A stretch of 63,498 nucleotides of DNA, the filler included, from Globobulimina sp. (taxonomy: Eukaryota), in NCBI GenBank assembly GCA_003354225.1. It is 41 parts of 41 records of this genome, joined end to end, with 100 filler letters (N's around TTAATTAATTAA, not from the genome) between each part and the next. Parts side by side here need not be neighbours in the genome. Positions count along the whole stretch, not along the records: positions 48,093 to 49,543 come from PIVH01016473.1; positions 49,644 to 51,094 come from PIVH01016474.1; positions 51,195 to 52,645 come from PIVH01016475.1; positions 52,746 to 54,196 come from PIVH01016476.1; positions 54,297 to 55,747 come from PIVH01016477.1; positions 55,848 to 57,298 come from PIVH01016478.1; positions 57,399 to 58,848 come from PIVH01016479.1; positions 58,949 to 60,398 come from PIVH01016480.1; 33 more parts are not named here. The stretch is one strand, 5' to 3'. Positions 49,141 to 60,498 of this stretch are shown piece after piece (positions within the stretch are counted from its first letter, which is position 1; each line of letters begins with the position of its first letter). A program made the translations under genes and the position numbers. The notes beneath the pieces were generated by a model. The model did no database searches. It worked only from the letters and a program-made list of their open reading frames with translations, and was not told the DNA's origin.

Positions 49141-49448
49141 CTATTGCATTATAAGGTACCCATACTATTGCATTACAGGGTACCGATGCACTATTGCATT
49201 TTAGGGTACCGATCGTTTTAATCGCGCCAAACTGTCGAATAATCGGCGCCCGTCACTATTGTATTACAAGGTACCCATACTATTGTATTACAGGGTACCG
49301 TACCATTTCAGCTAAAACACGCAACAATAATACAATCGGCGACTATTGTATTTGAAGGTACCGATGAACTATTGTATTATAACGTACCCAACTGAAAACT
49401 GTTGCATTTTAGGGTACCCATCAGTAAACTATTGCATTATAGGGTACC
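49141..49448. repeat. Array of nine 20-bp repeats CTATTGYATT-N4-GGTACC with variable spacers
   Basis: Copies at 49141, 49165, 49191, 49256, 49280, 49343, 49369, 49399, 49429. Confidence 0.9.
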
Positions 49449-49677
49449 AATACTATGTTTTGCATTTTAATAATTTATTTACACATTAAGGGTCAGCAAC
49501 TCTTATAATGAATGCATGACTGATCATTGTTTGAACCATGGCTNNNNNNNNNNNNNNNNNNNNNNNNNNNNNNNNNNNNNNNNNNNNTTAATTAATTAAN
49601 NNNNNNNNNNNNNNNNNNNNNNNNNNNNNNNNNNNNNNNNNNNCCACAAAGATGACTTATTCAATCACTCATATTAT

Positions 49678-51094
49678 TTGCACTTAAAAAATTTATTGAA
49701 ACACAAATATCAAATTTTCACCAGTTTGAAAGGCGAAAAAGCAATGAAAACGTCCACGAAATATGCAACAATTACTGTTTCTAAACGGCATTGTTCCATT
49801 TCACAAAATGATGAAAAACAATTATATGATTCCGATGATAACGAAATCAAAATGCAAAGCAAACAAAAATGTAAATTTGCATACTTTGGATTGCGATATT
49901 TTTATGATAAAACCATCGCAAATAAAAATGAAACAAAATATGCCACTTTTGTCAAAAAAAAATATAAATCGTTCCAACGCGAACTGACCAATAACAGTTT
50001 ATACAAAATAGATTTACACGATTGGAAGCAACAAATGTTTAATGCTAAAATCTATGTAGAATCGCTGAAGAATAGATATTTTTTTCAATGTAACTTGCAA
50101 AGTATATTAGCAATTATGTTTTATTCAAACTTTGAGAAATTGCAAGCAGCGTTTAAAGAGTCTTATATTTTAATATCAAAACAAGACAATTACGAATTAG
50201 CAGCACAAAGACATCACGAGTTTGTCAATTGGGCAATGATTTTAAATCAAACCATTAACAATGTCGGTCATTCTAAACGTTGTGCGGATGAATGGGGTTC
50301 AAATGAGAAGTTTTACCATGGTTTGATTGCGCCCGTCGCTGAAACAGAAGTGGGAACAGCTTTGGATTTTAATTTTAATGAAAGTTACATGCGATTCTAT
50401 TGTCCATTGTTGGCCAGTACATCGATTGAAGTTTTATTGCAATATTTGCGGGATAAAAATGGAATGCTTTTAAGTTTATGTCCGACGAATGTTGGTGGTG
50501 TTGATAGGTATTTTGATTGTGTCTGGTTGAGTTCTTTTGAAAATGAAGAAGCAAAATTATTTATGCATAATAATAAATGTGTAATGCAAGCATCGATAAT
50601 GAGAATGAATGACATGATCGACACTTTAACATATTACAATTTTGGCAACTATTTGAATGGAATATCGATATTAAATCGAATAATAAATAATGAGATGGTT
50701 TTGTTTGAAACAAACAAATCAATGTTTGATGCTTTGGGTAACTTAATATCACATCGATTGCGGCCAATATCGTATAATAAGAATAATAAACAAGAAGCAT
50801 ATATCGATGCAATATTTGCCAGGTTTTGTCAGTTCCAAACTGGGATAATTAGTATCGATATGCATCAAATCTGCTCGTTATGCACCAATAATAAAAATGC
50901 AAATTCGTTTTTAAGAAACTATTTAATTTCGCAAACGGTGAATGAAAGTGTTTTTGTATTGAAATGTCATAATTTTGTCGAATTATTTCCGCGAACTCCG
51001 TCCATTGAAATACAAAATTGCTGTTTAAATGCCATAATGTTTGAATTGATATGTCAGTCATTAAAATTACAGGAAAATAAAATTGATTTAGAAT
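49678..51094 (+). CDS. ADP-ribosyltransferase-like domain protein, degenerate site (3' partial)
   Basis: ILAIMFYS...RHHEFVNW..L...FYHG...CPLLASTSIEV...GMLLSL...FDCVWLSSFENEEAKLF; aligns by eye with 6744-7658. Confidence 0.6.
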
Positions 51095-51194
51095 NNNNNN
51101 NNNNNNNNNNNNNNNNNNNNNNNNNNNNNNNNNNNNNNTTAATTAATTAANNNNNNNNNNNNNNNNNNNNNNNNNNNNNNNNNNNNNNNNNNNN

Positions 51195-52461
51195 ATGGCG
51201 ATATGCTGGAAAGCAAAAACGATTCTAATGTTATTATCGAGGATGTAGATCCGAAAGTATTTGAATCCGTGTTGCGTTTTGCACATTGTAATGATCCCAA
51301 AATTTCCGAAAAAAATGTACTTTCAATCATTCAATTTGCTGACAAATATCAAATTAAAATACTGTTAAAATGGTGTGTGGATTATTTTCAATCTTGTTTA
51401 GATGAAGGAAATGTTTGTGTGTTTTTAGAAGAAGCAATTGTATTCAAACAAGATGATATTTTCTGTAAATGCTGTAAATTCCTTGGTGATGCCGTATATT
51501 CTAAAGAAATACTCAACAGCGATGGTTTCGAAAATATCGGATTAAAAGCAATGAGAGTACTTTTGTCAACGAATTGTTTGAACATATCTGAAACAGAATT
51601 ATGGGAATATGTGGTAAAATGGGCTGAGTGCACAGATGATAAGATATCTGCTCTCAAATCAATCCGTGATTTGATAAGATTTGGGTTGATTAAAGGAAAG
51701 TATTTTACGAAAAATATTATACCATTAAATATTTTGACGCAGGAAGAAATAATTGCAGTGCTGATATACTTTCAAAATCCTGAAGCTGGCTGCGGTCCAT
51801 TTAAAATTAAACAAAGAGTCTCGAGTTCTTCCATTTTGGTCAGATTTGTTTATTGCGATGAGAACACAGGAGATATTGATGAAAATAAAGTTGAATCCAA
51901 AGTGTATCCCACAGGTTATTCGTTAGAACAAATCGCAGAGGAAGTTATGTTGCTTTATTGTTTTGTTTTTTTAAAAAACATTTAATTATATATGCTCAGT
52001 TTGAAGTTGATGTTCATATATGGATGAAATTTGGCCAAATAAAAGCAATATATCCACTTAATAGGAACCAAATAAAAGTGACTGAAAAGGATTTGGCTGT
52101 TGAAGGCAACGACAGATGGGTTGAAGTGCCGGCCGATTGTTTAAATAGAAGATTGGGTGACATTGTAAATAAATCTTGCATGCTTGCAATTGTGATTGAG
52201 AAAAAACGATTGGATGGTTCATGGCCAAGAGCACAAGGCGATGAATGGAGACAAACTTTACAAACTGGTGATATTATTGATGTTAAAGATCATCAAGGCG
52301 GGTGGTATGAATCTTTGGTGCGATATGTTTATCCGCAATACAGTGATAAATCAGGAAAATGCGTTGTTCATTATATTGGTTGGAATGTGAAATATGACGA
52401 AATACTGCAGGTATCTGACATGCGTCGTTTAGCGAAACGACATACGCATACAAGCGGATAA
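51195..52461 (+). CDS. BTB-BACK + ubiquitin-like + Tudor/chromo-barrel protein (5' partial)
   Basis: IEDVDPKVF..VLRF, ADKYQI, ETELW..V.KWA; intron 51944-51999; IEKKRLDGSWPR; GDIIDVKD..G.WYES...VHYIGW..KYDE. Confidence 0.8.
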
Positions 52462-52745
52462 CGTCTACCATATACGTCATATGACTGATTTTTTGTCCAA
52501 ATGACAAATGGATCCTTTTTGAGAAAGACCATTTTTTGACAATGATCTGTTTGTTGCGAAGTTCATCGAAACAATACTCTGCTAAACCATGTTTTAACGA
52601 GCCTAGGTTTCCTAAATAGTTGCTAAATAGTAACTAAATAGTTGCNNNNNNNNNNNNNNNNNNNNNNNNNNNNNNNNNNNNNNNNNNNNTTAATTAATTA
52701 ANNNNNNNNNNNNNNNNNNNNNNNNNNNNNNNNNNNNNNNNNNNN

Positions 52746-53207
52746 TGATTGGCAAGGTTTTTGGGTTAGCTAGAGTGGTTTTCAACCTAGTATTCGAAGT
52801 TGACCTAGGTTTCGAATCCTAGTATTCAAAGTTGAAAACCACTCTAGCTAACCCAAAAACCTTGTCAATCACAAAAGAAGTGTTTAGAAGTTTAAGCCTA
52901 AAAAGTCAATTATATAAAACAGAATTTCTAATTAACTTTTTTGGCTTCGTTTCGTTTCATTTCAAGTACTAGTGGGGCCACATTTAACTTTTTTGGATGA
53001 CATAGGTCAACTTCGAATACTAGGTTGAAAACCACTCTAGCTAACCAAAAACTCTGTTAATCGTTGAAATGAAATGAAACGAAACTAAGCCAAAAAAGTT
53101 AAATCAGCCAGGATCTAAGTCTGACTCCATGCTCACCAATTGCTTAAACATCCCGGCGAGGATCAACGACTGGCAAGGTTTTTGGGTGAGCTTGAGTGGT
53201 TTTCAAC
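52746..53207. repeat. Cluster of four ~40-bp repeats in mixed orientation (nested inverted repeats)
   Basis: GGCAAGGTTTTTGGGTTAGCTAGAGTGGTTTTCAAC at 52746(+), 52831(-), ~53023(-), 53168(+). Confidence 0.85.
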
Positions 53208-53554
53208 TTCAAAAACAAATAGAAAAACAAAATATTTACTGTTTAGCCACTGCTTTTTATGTAAACACAGTGTAGTTGAATATTGCTTTTTTTGATAGCT
53301 AGGCAAAACATGGGGTACCCAAAAATGCTTTGAGACGCCAAAGCCGACATTTTAGCCAGAAGAGCATGTGTTGTGTCAATGAGACATTTCAAGAAAATGA
53401 TGCAACATATAACCTCAGACAAACAAGACCAAATCACTTACATTAAAACACCAATTGAAATTAATAAAAAGTTATTCAAACAAACTGAAATGATTAGCCT
53501 CAATTAATCAATTATATAAGAAAGCACTACTTTTTAATCAATGATATATGTTTT

Positions 53555-53703
53555 TAAGAGCATGAGGTCTTCAGCGTCAGATTTTTATTGGGGTAAGGTA
53601 TAAGCAAACCGTTTCTGGTGACTTATAAAGGGAAAAATAATATAGGTTTGCCTTCGTTTCTCAGAAACAATAAAAATCTGACGCTGAAAACCGGATGCTC
53701 TTA
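53555..53703. mobile_element. ~150-bp MITE with ~35-bp TIRs, TA ends
   Basis: taagagcat..ggtcttcagcgtcagatttttatt / aataaaaatctgacgctgaaaaccggatgctctta; second copy at 23277. Confidence 0.8.
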
Positions 53704-54407
53704 TATGATAACGTCATAATAATAAGTCATCGTTCGCGTTCGACTAATGGCTTGCGACTGATCGACATAGCAAAAGGATTGTGCCATGGTTAAGTGATAA
53801 GATGTGACGAAAATTGTTAGTTTAAATGCTAAGGTAAGTTAATAATGCCACGGTATTTATTTTCGCAATATTTAATTTCCGCACCACTAACTACTCGTTA
53901 AAAACTATTTTCTCTTAATAATGCTGTCATATTATTCGGTTTGGTGGCTGCTACATCATTAGACTAGTGCTAACTAAATTTTTTCTGTGAGCTATAACTC
54001 TTAAAGTTAAATACATGGCACTTACGCTTTAGTCTGCCAACTTTGAATCTGTTTCCCATTAATGAATTTAACCAAAGTTAGTATTAAATTCATATGAAAC
54101 CGATTCAAAGCAATCTAAAATTCGCCTCTCCAGATTTACTTTTTCAAAAATGGAAAATGCTACAAATAAGAAAAATGGACACCTAGCTCAATTGGCNNNN
54201 NNNNNNNNNNNNNNNNNNNNNNNNNNNNNNNNNNNNNNNNTTAATTAATTAANNNNNNNNNNNNNNNNNNNNNNNNNNNNNNNNNNNNNNNNNNNNTTCC
54301 GTACATTTTAACATATTTCATCATATTTTTACTTTTGCAACTTTTAATATAATACAAAAAGGATACATCTAAAAAAATACAAACATACCAAATTCAATAA
54401 TAATTAA

Positions 54408-55565
54408 TTACAATTTATTGATGTTCTCACGTAATTGCACAGGATTATAATAATTAATATTGCATAATACACATTTTTCTCCTCGAATATACAAATAATT
54501 TCCAACCAACACAACCATAAATCCGGCACATTTAATCAAAGAATAAGGCATAACCCACTGTTCACCATATTTCTCACTTGAAACTTGAAAAGCTACCAAT
54601 GATAAACACCAGGTGCCCGATGGATAAATTTGTTGATATAATTTTCTTGTCAAGGCACTGGACAACGCAGTCATTTTCATTTGACTCGTATCTTTACCAA
54701 AAATTGCAAAAAAAAAGAATATAAAACATATAGCAATCCCTGGTACGAGCAATAAATTATTATGCATTTTGTGAAACACATTATGAATATTACCAAATGG
54801 ATCCAGAACAAAAATAGCAAAACCAACGATAATTGTAAATGTTAAAGATATTATCGACTCTATACCCACAACAAAATTGGATGATAAGTCATGTTTTTTC
54901 AATAAAATCTCTTCTAAATCATTCCGCACCGCACCCAGAAAGCCCACAGTGAGTAAGATGCCAATTCCAATCAATGTTTCGTGACTATTTGTATGTGAAT
55001 GTGAGTCGTTGGTAAAAGCAAGATCCTGCAAAGCAACAATGACCAGACCAACGATGGTAATAACAATACCCAAAAACTTAGCCATTTTCAAAGTATTATG
55101 ATGAACGAATCGACTCAAAACAGCTAGAAATACGAGTTGTGAGCCATTTTTTAAGATTGATATCGAAGCAGCGGATAAAAAAAGCAAACCCAAATACCTG
55201 CCACTTGTCACTAATAAGTCCATTATTGAGGGAATGCACAATTTCAGAAACAATTGTTTGTCTGTTCGCAATTTGCTGAATGCTGCATATGAGGATTTAG
55301 TAAAGATGGCAAATGAACAAATAAAAAATGAACCAGCTGTTAAAACCCATGCAATCCAGTAATCATTTTTTAATCCTTCCAAACCATCACCATTTTCAGG
55401 ATACATTTGATAAATTAATTTGCCTAAAAAGTCATTGCTTGAGCCGCATAATATCATTAGAGTTAATGTGAAAATATACACATTATGAGCTTGAGACTTG
55501 TTTTCAATGTCTACTGTTTCTTCATTTACATTGACTAATGTGTTTTGTTCGCTTTGATGACGCAT
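54408..55565 (-). CDS. SLC35F6-like DMT-superfamily transporter
   Basis: About 10 TMs; IPSIMDL...YLGLLFLSAAS..ILK, EEILLK. Confidence 0.8.
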   Translation of the reverse strand: MRHQSEQNTLVNVNEETVDIENKSQAHNVYIFTLTLMILCGSSNDFLGKLIYQMYPENGDGLEGLKNDYWIAWVLTAGSFFICSFAIFTKSSYAAFSKLRTDKQLFLKLCIPSIMDLLVTSGRYLGLLFLSAASISILKNGSQLVFLAVLSRFVHHNTLKMAKFLGIVITIVGLVIVALQDLAFTNDSHSHTNSHETLIGIGILLTVGFLGAVRNDLEEILLKKHDLSSNFVVGIESIISLTFTIIVGFAIFVLDPFGNIHNVFHKMHNNLLLVPGIAICFIFFFFAIFGKDTSQMKMTALSSALTRKLYQQIYPSGTWCLSLVAFQVSSEKYGEQWVMPYSLIKCAGFMVVLVGNYLYIRGEKCVLCNINYYNPVQLRENINKL

Positions 55566-55992
55566 GGTTGCTTGGTGAAAACTTTAATGCTTGGTGAAAA
55601 CGTTTTATTATTTTTGATGGTGAGTTATACAAAAAAACTAATTACCCGGATATATTATTTTATTCCTCTCGCCAAATATTATTTTTTTGGTATAAGATTT
55701 TGTATGAACTATTGGTTGACGAGTACTATACGCATTTTTGCTTTTTANNNNNNNNNNNNNNNNNNNNNNNNNNNNNNNNNNNNNNNNNNNNTTAATTAAT
55801 TAANNNNNNNNNNNNNNNNNNNNNNNNNNNNNNNNNNNNNNNNNNNNGTTTAGTTATTCTAAAATTTACACTCTTCGAATTCAATCAGGAGTCAGGACAT
55901 AAGTCCGACGTTTGATCAAATATTGCTAACTGTTGAAACGAAACGAAAAAAAGGCAAAAAAAAAAGATCACACAAGAAAAAAAGATTGTTAA

Positions 55993-57156
55993 TTATTTTT
56001 GTTGATCTTCAGTTTGTTTATGATCATCAGATTTATATTGTATTTTAGATTCAATTTTATTTGCTCTCATTCTGGACATTAAAGGAATTGCATCCAACTG
56101 AACCAATGATGGAAAGGCAGATAATATTTGTTGTTTATATTTTTGTGGATTATTCAATTGGATTGGATTTCTTTCCAAATATATTGTCTGTATAACAGTG
56201 GATGTGATACAATTTAATCCATCAAAACTATCAACTTTGTTATCATTCATCCATAATTCAACTAAATTTTTTGCATTTTGTAAATTTTCGATTTTTGTGA
56301 TAAAATTGCCCGCTAAATCAAGTGTTTTCAAATTGGGCAAAAATAATAATCCATTGTCCATTGATTGCAATCCATTATGCGATAAATACAATTCTTGCAA
56401 ATTTACATTATATTTTAGTCCATTTCCAATCTGTGTGATTCTGTTGGACTGAATGCTTAACAGTCGCAAATTAATTAAATTATCCAAATTTTGTAACGAA
56501 CGTATTTTATTTTTGCCGACCCACAATTCAGTGATATTCACCAATTTATCAATATTCTCAATCACACGAATACGATTTGAGCCTAATTCCAACATTGTTA
56601 ATGATGTCAAACTATTCAATCCATCCATTTTTTTTACTTTATTATTAACCAAATATAATTTTTTTAAATTTCCTAAATTTTGCAAATTTTCAATCACACG
56701 AATTGAATTAAATGATAAGTCCAACCATTCCAATTCTGTCAGTTTCAATAAAATTAAATCTATTTTTTCAAATGAATTTAAATAACAATCCAATGATTTT
56801 AAATTTATTAAACACTCCAAACCATTCAAATTTGATAATAGATTTTGCCTCAAAATTAATTTTTCGATTTTATCCACGTATTTATCAAAATTTGGCAATG
56901 CATCTAAATGATGATGTAACAAATTTATTTCCTTTGATTCTGCATAATAAAAATCTGACAAATGTAGTTTTTCTTCCTTTTCCTCTTCCTCTTCATCTGC
57001 TGCTTTATTATGATGATGGTGATGATCATCATGATTACAATGATGTTTTTTTAGTGTATTTGGTTCGTTATCATCCACATCCATTACTTGTGCTTGTTGT
57101 TTATCATTATCTGTGTCAAAATCAAATTGAATTGATGTATTTGCATTTGTACTCAT
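55993..57156 (-). CDS. PPP1R7: Protein phosphatase 1 regulatory subunit 7 (SDS22)
   Basis: LRRs LDLSFNSIRVIEN, LELGSNRIRVIEN, LWVGKNKI, LSIQSNRI, LYLSHNG, TIYLERNP, LVQLDA. Confidence 0.93.
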   Translation of the reverse strand: MSTNANTSIQFDFDTDNDKQQAQVMDVDDNEPNTLKKHHCNHDDHHHHHNKAADEEEEEKEEKLHLSDFYYAESKEINLLHHHLDALPNFDKYVDKIEKLILRQNLLSNLNGLECLINLKSLDCYLNSFEKIDLILLKLTELEWLDLSFNSIRVIENLQNLGNLKKLYLVNNKVKKMDGLNSLTSLTMLELGSNRIRVIENIDKLVNITELWVGKNKIRSLQNLDNLINLRLLSIQSNRITQIGNGLKYNVNLQELYLSHNGLQSMDNGLLFLPNLKTLDLAGNFITKIENLQNAKNLVELWMNDNKVDSFDGLNCITSTVIQTIYLERNPIQLNNPQKYKQQILSAFPSLVQLDAIPLMSRMRANKIESKIQYKSDDHKQTEDQQK

Positions 57157-57398
57157 TATCAATTATTGTTTTCTGAATTTCTGTTAAGTGTTTACTGAAA
57201 CGCAACCATGCCTAACTATGCTCCATATGTTATAGTTCTAATCGATTCAATATTACTCTCAACCATATCACAACAACTATGGTTCCGCTATCGAGTCTNN
57301 NNNNNNNNNNNNNNNNNNNNNNNNNNNNNNNNNNNNNNNNNNTTAATTAATTAANNNNNNNNNNNNNNNNNNNNNNNNNNNNNNNNNNNNNNNNNNNN

Positions 57399-58848
57399 GT
57401 AGGATATAACGGCGCTATTCCATTGCCACAGACCTCTGCAGTCACCATGGCCGGGAATATATTTGACGATAACAATGGTGGTATATTACAACTTACAGTG
57501 ACGGATGAGAGTGTTGCTGCAATTCCGATCAAGATTACTGATTCGCGCGTGGTTAATCACACAGATGTATCTAGCGCGTTGTTTCAGATATTGACAGATG
57601 TTGCATGCACAGCTGGTACGGGGAATAATTGGGCAAAGGATGATCAATTACTATTTAAAGATGTGGTATTTGTGGATAATATTAACGTGCCGTTGGTAGA
57701 TATACAATGCGTGGAAGTTAATATGGATAATATTACATTAACCAGAAATGAAATGAGTGTATTGCGATTTGGGGATTATACGCGACCAAATTTAACAAGA
57801 TTTGATGCGAGTGATAATAAAGGACAGTTGATACAGTTTAACAGTACGTATTCTGTGCAAATGATAGCACATACGGTGGCTAATCACGTTGGTACATATT
57901 TATATTATGATGCCACAAATACAATCAATGGGAATGAAGAGATGATGATAAGTGATTGTAGTTTTACTGGTGGTAATTCCTATTATTTAGGTAGTGATTA
58001 TGCATTGGTGTATATTGCAGGTAAGATCTCAAGAATCAGTGGGATTGAGTTGTTATTTGATACAGTAACGTTTGATGCAAATACAGGACGGCTGATATTT
58101 GTTGATAATTCGGATACAAATGGGGTAGATTTAAGTACTTGTATCGATGTCGCAGATGATTACACTGCGGGACAAATTGAGTTTACGTCCTGCACATTTG
58201 CAAATAATTTAGCAGCGGTATCCGGTGTTGACTTATTAGAATTTCATTGGAGTAAAATTGAGATGGATTCTACGAATTCGTTTTCAAATAATAATGTAAA
58301 TAATATGATATTATCCGTGGATTGTGCATTAAGCATTGATGGCGTGATATTGAGTAATAATAATATACGTTCATTGGTTAAATATGAAAGATTGGACGAT
58401 ATAGGAAGTAACAGTGCCTCTTTATGTGTAGCAAATTTAGATATTAATATTATGAATACGAGTTATGCTGTCTTTGAATTTGCGGAATTAGCAAATGATG
58501 ATAATATTATTATCTCTGATATTATTGTTTCTTCTGTACATTTAAATTCATTTATTGCTGGCTATGCGGCATCAGATCAATATACATCACACATTCGGTT
58601 ACAGTCGTTGAGTGTGGCTGCGTTTGCAGGAAATGGAATATTTATTGATCTATCCAATGCAAATAATAATATATTTAACATTGATTTGGAAGATTCAACC
58701 TTTAACAATACCAATGGTGATTATAGTGTGATTTTAGTAAATTCAACATCGACAGATGGTGTTACCAAAGTATTAAACTTTAATAATGTTACATTTTCTG
58801 ATATTACCACACCAATAAATATGAATTTATTTAGTGTTATTTCCACTG
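57399..58848 (+). CDS. Fragment of a large pectin-lyase-like beta-helix protein
   Basis: Open frame across the contig with repeated 'xCxFxxN' beta-helix turns. Confidence 0.65.
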
Positions 58849-59683
58849 NNNNNNNNNNNNNNNNNNNNNNNNNNNNNNNNNNNNNNNNNNNNTTAATTAA
58901 TTAANNNNNNNNNNNNNNNNNNNNNNNNNNNNNNNNNNNNNNNNNNNNTTTTTTTTAACTCATTTTTCAATTAATATATCAACTTTCAAAACAAAACAAA
59001 ATATTTTCCAAAAAAAAATAAATAAAATTTTATTAGTAATGGATGCGTTTGAAAGACATTGTCCATCCAGATTTAAATGTAGATATTATTTTTTAAAGTT
59101 TCAATTTTTCCTTTTTTTACGAGGAAGAAATTCTAATACATGTTTCCTTTTTCTTTATGTTCCAAGCACTTTTTCTTGTGCTATTCTGGGATCATTTGTT
59201 TTTGTGATTAATTCCCGTGCAGCACTCAGAGTCTCAGACCATTCACGTGTGCAAAACGTAAGAATTTACCTAGCTTTACAATGCTGCTGAAATTTTTCAT
59301 AAGATCCCAATTCGCTCAAAATAACTTATATCCTAGTTTCGAGTGTCGCTTGACCTGTTCATACTTTTCGGCTTGTTTTAACGAAGCACAAACGCGACCC
59401 AAGTTTTTTTTCTCGGCTGCAATCTTAATTTTAGGCCCTAAAACCTCCCAAATCTTTTTTTTAGAGGTGCCTTCCTTATTTTTAACGATTGTTAAACACC
59501 ACTGTCCTTTGGCACAATAATTGTCAAATAATCCCTTAAAAAAATAACAAAAAAAAACTCTTTAACACAAAATTATTATTTTTGCATTTTGGATAATAAC
59601 AACGAGCACAGTTTGCGCATTTTAATCTCTTTTAAATATGTTTGCGCATTTTAATTCCAATTTCAAAAGTTTTAACCCAGTTT

Positions 59684-60397
59684 TTAAATGCTTTGAATGA
59701 ACAAGCTTAAGAAAAGAATCATAAATACCACAATCAATATGCCTACAAAAAAGAAAAAAACATAAACAGTTTTCGCTTTCTGAATCTGCCGTTTCAAACT
59801 ACTGCCATTATTTACGTTCGGACGCATCGATATCAATGATAATTTATATTTGTTAACTGCTTCAATAATTTTATCTTCATTTTCCAAACAAGGTTTTAAA
59901 AAATTAGCTAAATCTTCAAATTGTTGAATTTGTTTATTAATGTCAATATGTTCCAAATTATAAATAAATAATCGGTGTTTCAATTCTTTACAACGCATAA
60001 TTGCATTATTATGACAATTATAAGATTTAATACATTTAACTTTATCGATTGTACCTTTTCTGAATTTGTAATTAAATAATTCCTTCCATTTACATCCTAC
60101 TTCAAAATGGTTCTCAAACCTGACTTTAAATTCATTGAAGTAACTCATTATTTTCACCACGGGTACATTCGATACAGCGACTAAGGTTTGTAAACTATTG
60201 AACCATTTTTCTTCATTTCTAATTGTTAATATAAATTTACAATTTGGATAATAATGCATTAATGATCTCCAATGAAGACATATCGGAGTATCACCTGATG
60301 CTGAATCATAATCATTTTTTTTAAAATATTCATCCCAATTTATGTAATTTAATGGATTTTCATCTAAAGAGATGGATGCATTATAAAAATAATTCAA
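59684..60397 (-). CDS. Sulfotransferase (Sulfotransfer_4-like) with C-terminal TM (5' partial)
   Basis: DTPICLHWRSL..YYPNCKFILTIRNEEKWFNS, YNCHN, PNVN. Confidence 0.8.
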   Translation of the reverse strand: MNYFYNASISLDENPLNYINWDEYFKKNDYDSASGDTPICLHWRSLMHYYPNCKFILTIRNEEKWFNSLQTLVAVSNVPVVKIMSYFNEFKVRFENHFEVGCKWKELFNYKFRKGTIDKVKCIKSYNCHNNAIMRCKELKHRLFIYNLEHIDINKQIQQFEDLANFLKPCLENEDKIIEAVNKYKLSLISMRPNVNNGSSLKRQIQKAKTVYVFFFFVGILIVVFMILFLSLFIQSI

Positions 60398-60498
60398 ANN
60401 NNNNNNNNNNNNNNNNNNNNNNNNNNNNNNNNNNNNNNNNNNTTAATTAATTAANNNNNNNNNNNNNNNNNNNNNNNNNNNNNNNNNNNNNNNNNNNN

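Noticed and set aside
49141-49448. CRISPR array call
   Set aside because: Repeats are degenerate and only 20 bp, spacers are 4-45 nt and irregular, and there is no cas gene; kept as an unexplained repeat
59035-59530. Possible decayed tyrosine-recombinase-like frame on the minus strand (TNDPRIAQEKVLG)
   Set aside because: Multiple stops and shifts, no R-H-R-Y catalytic set recognisable
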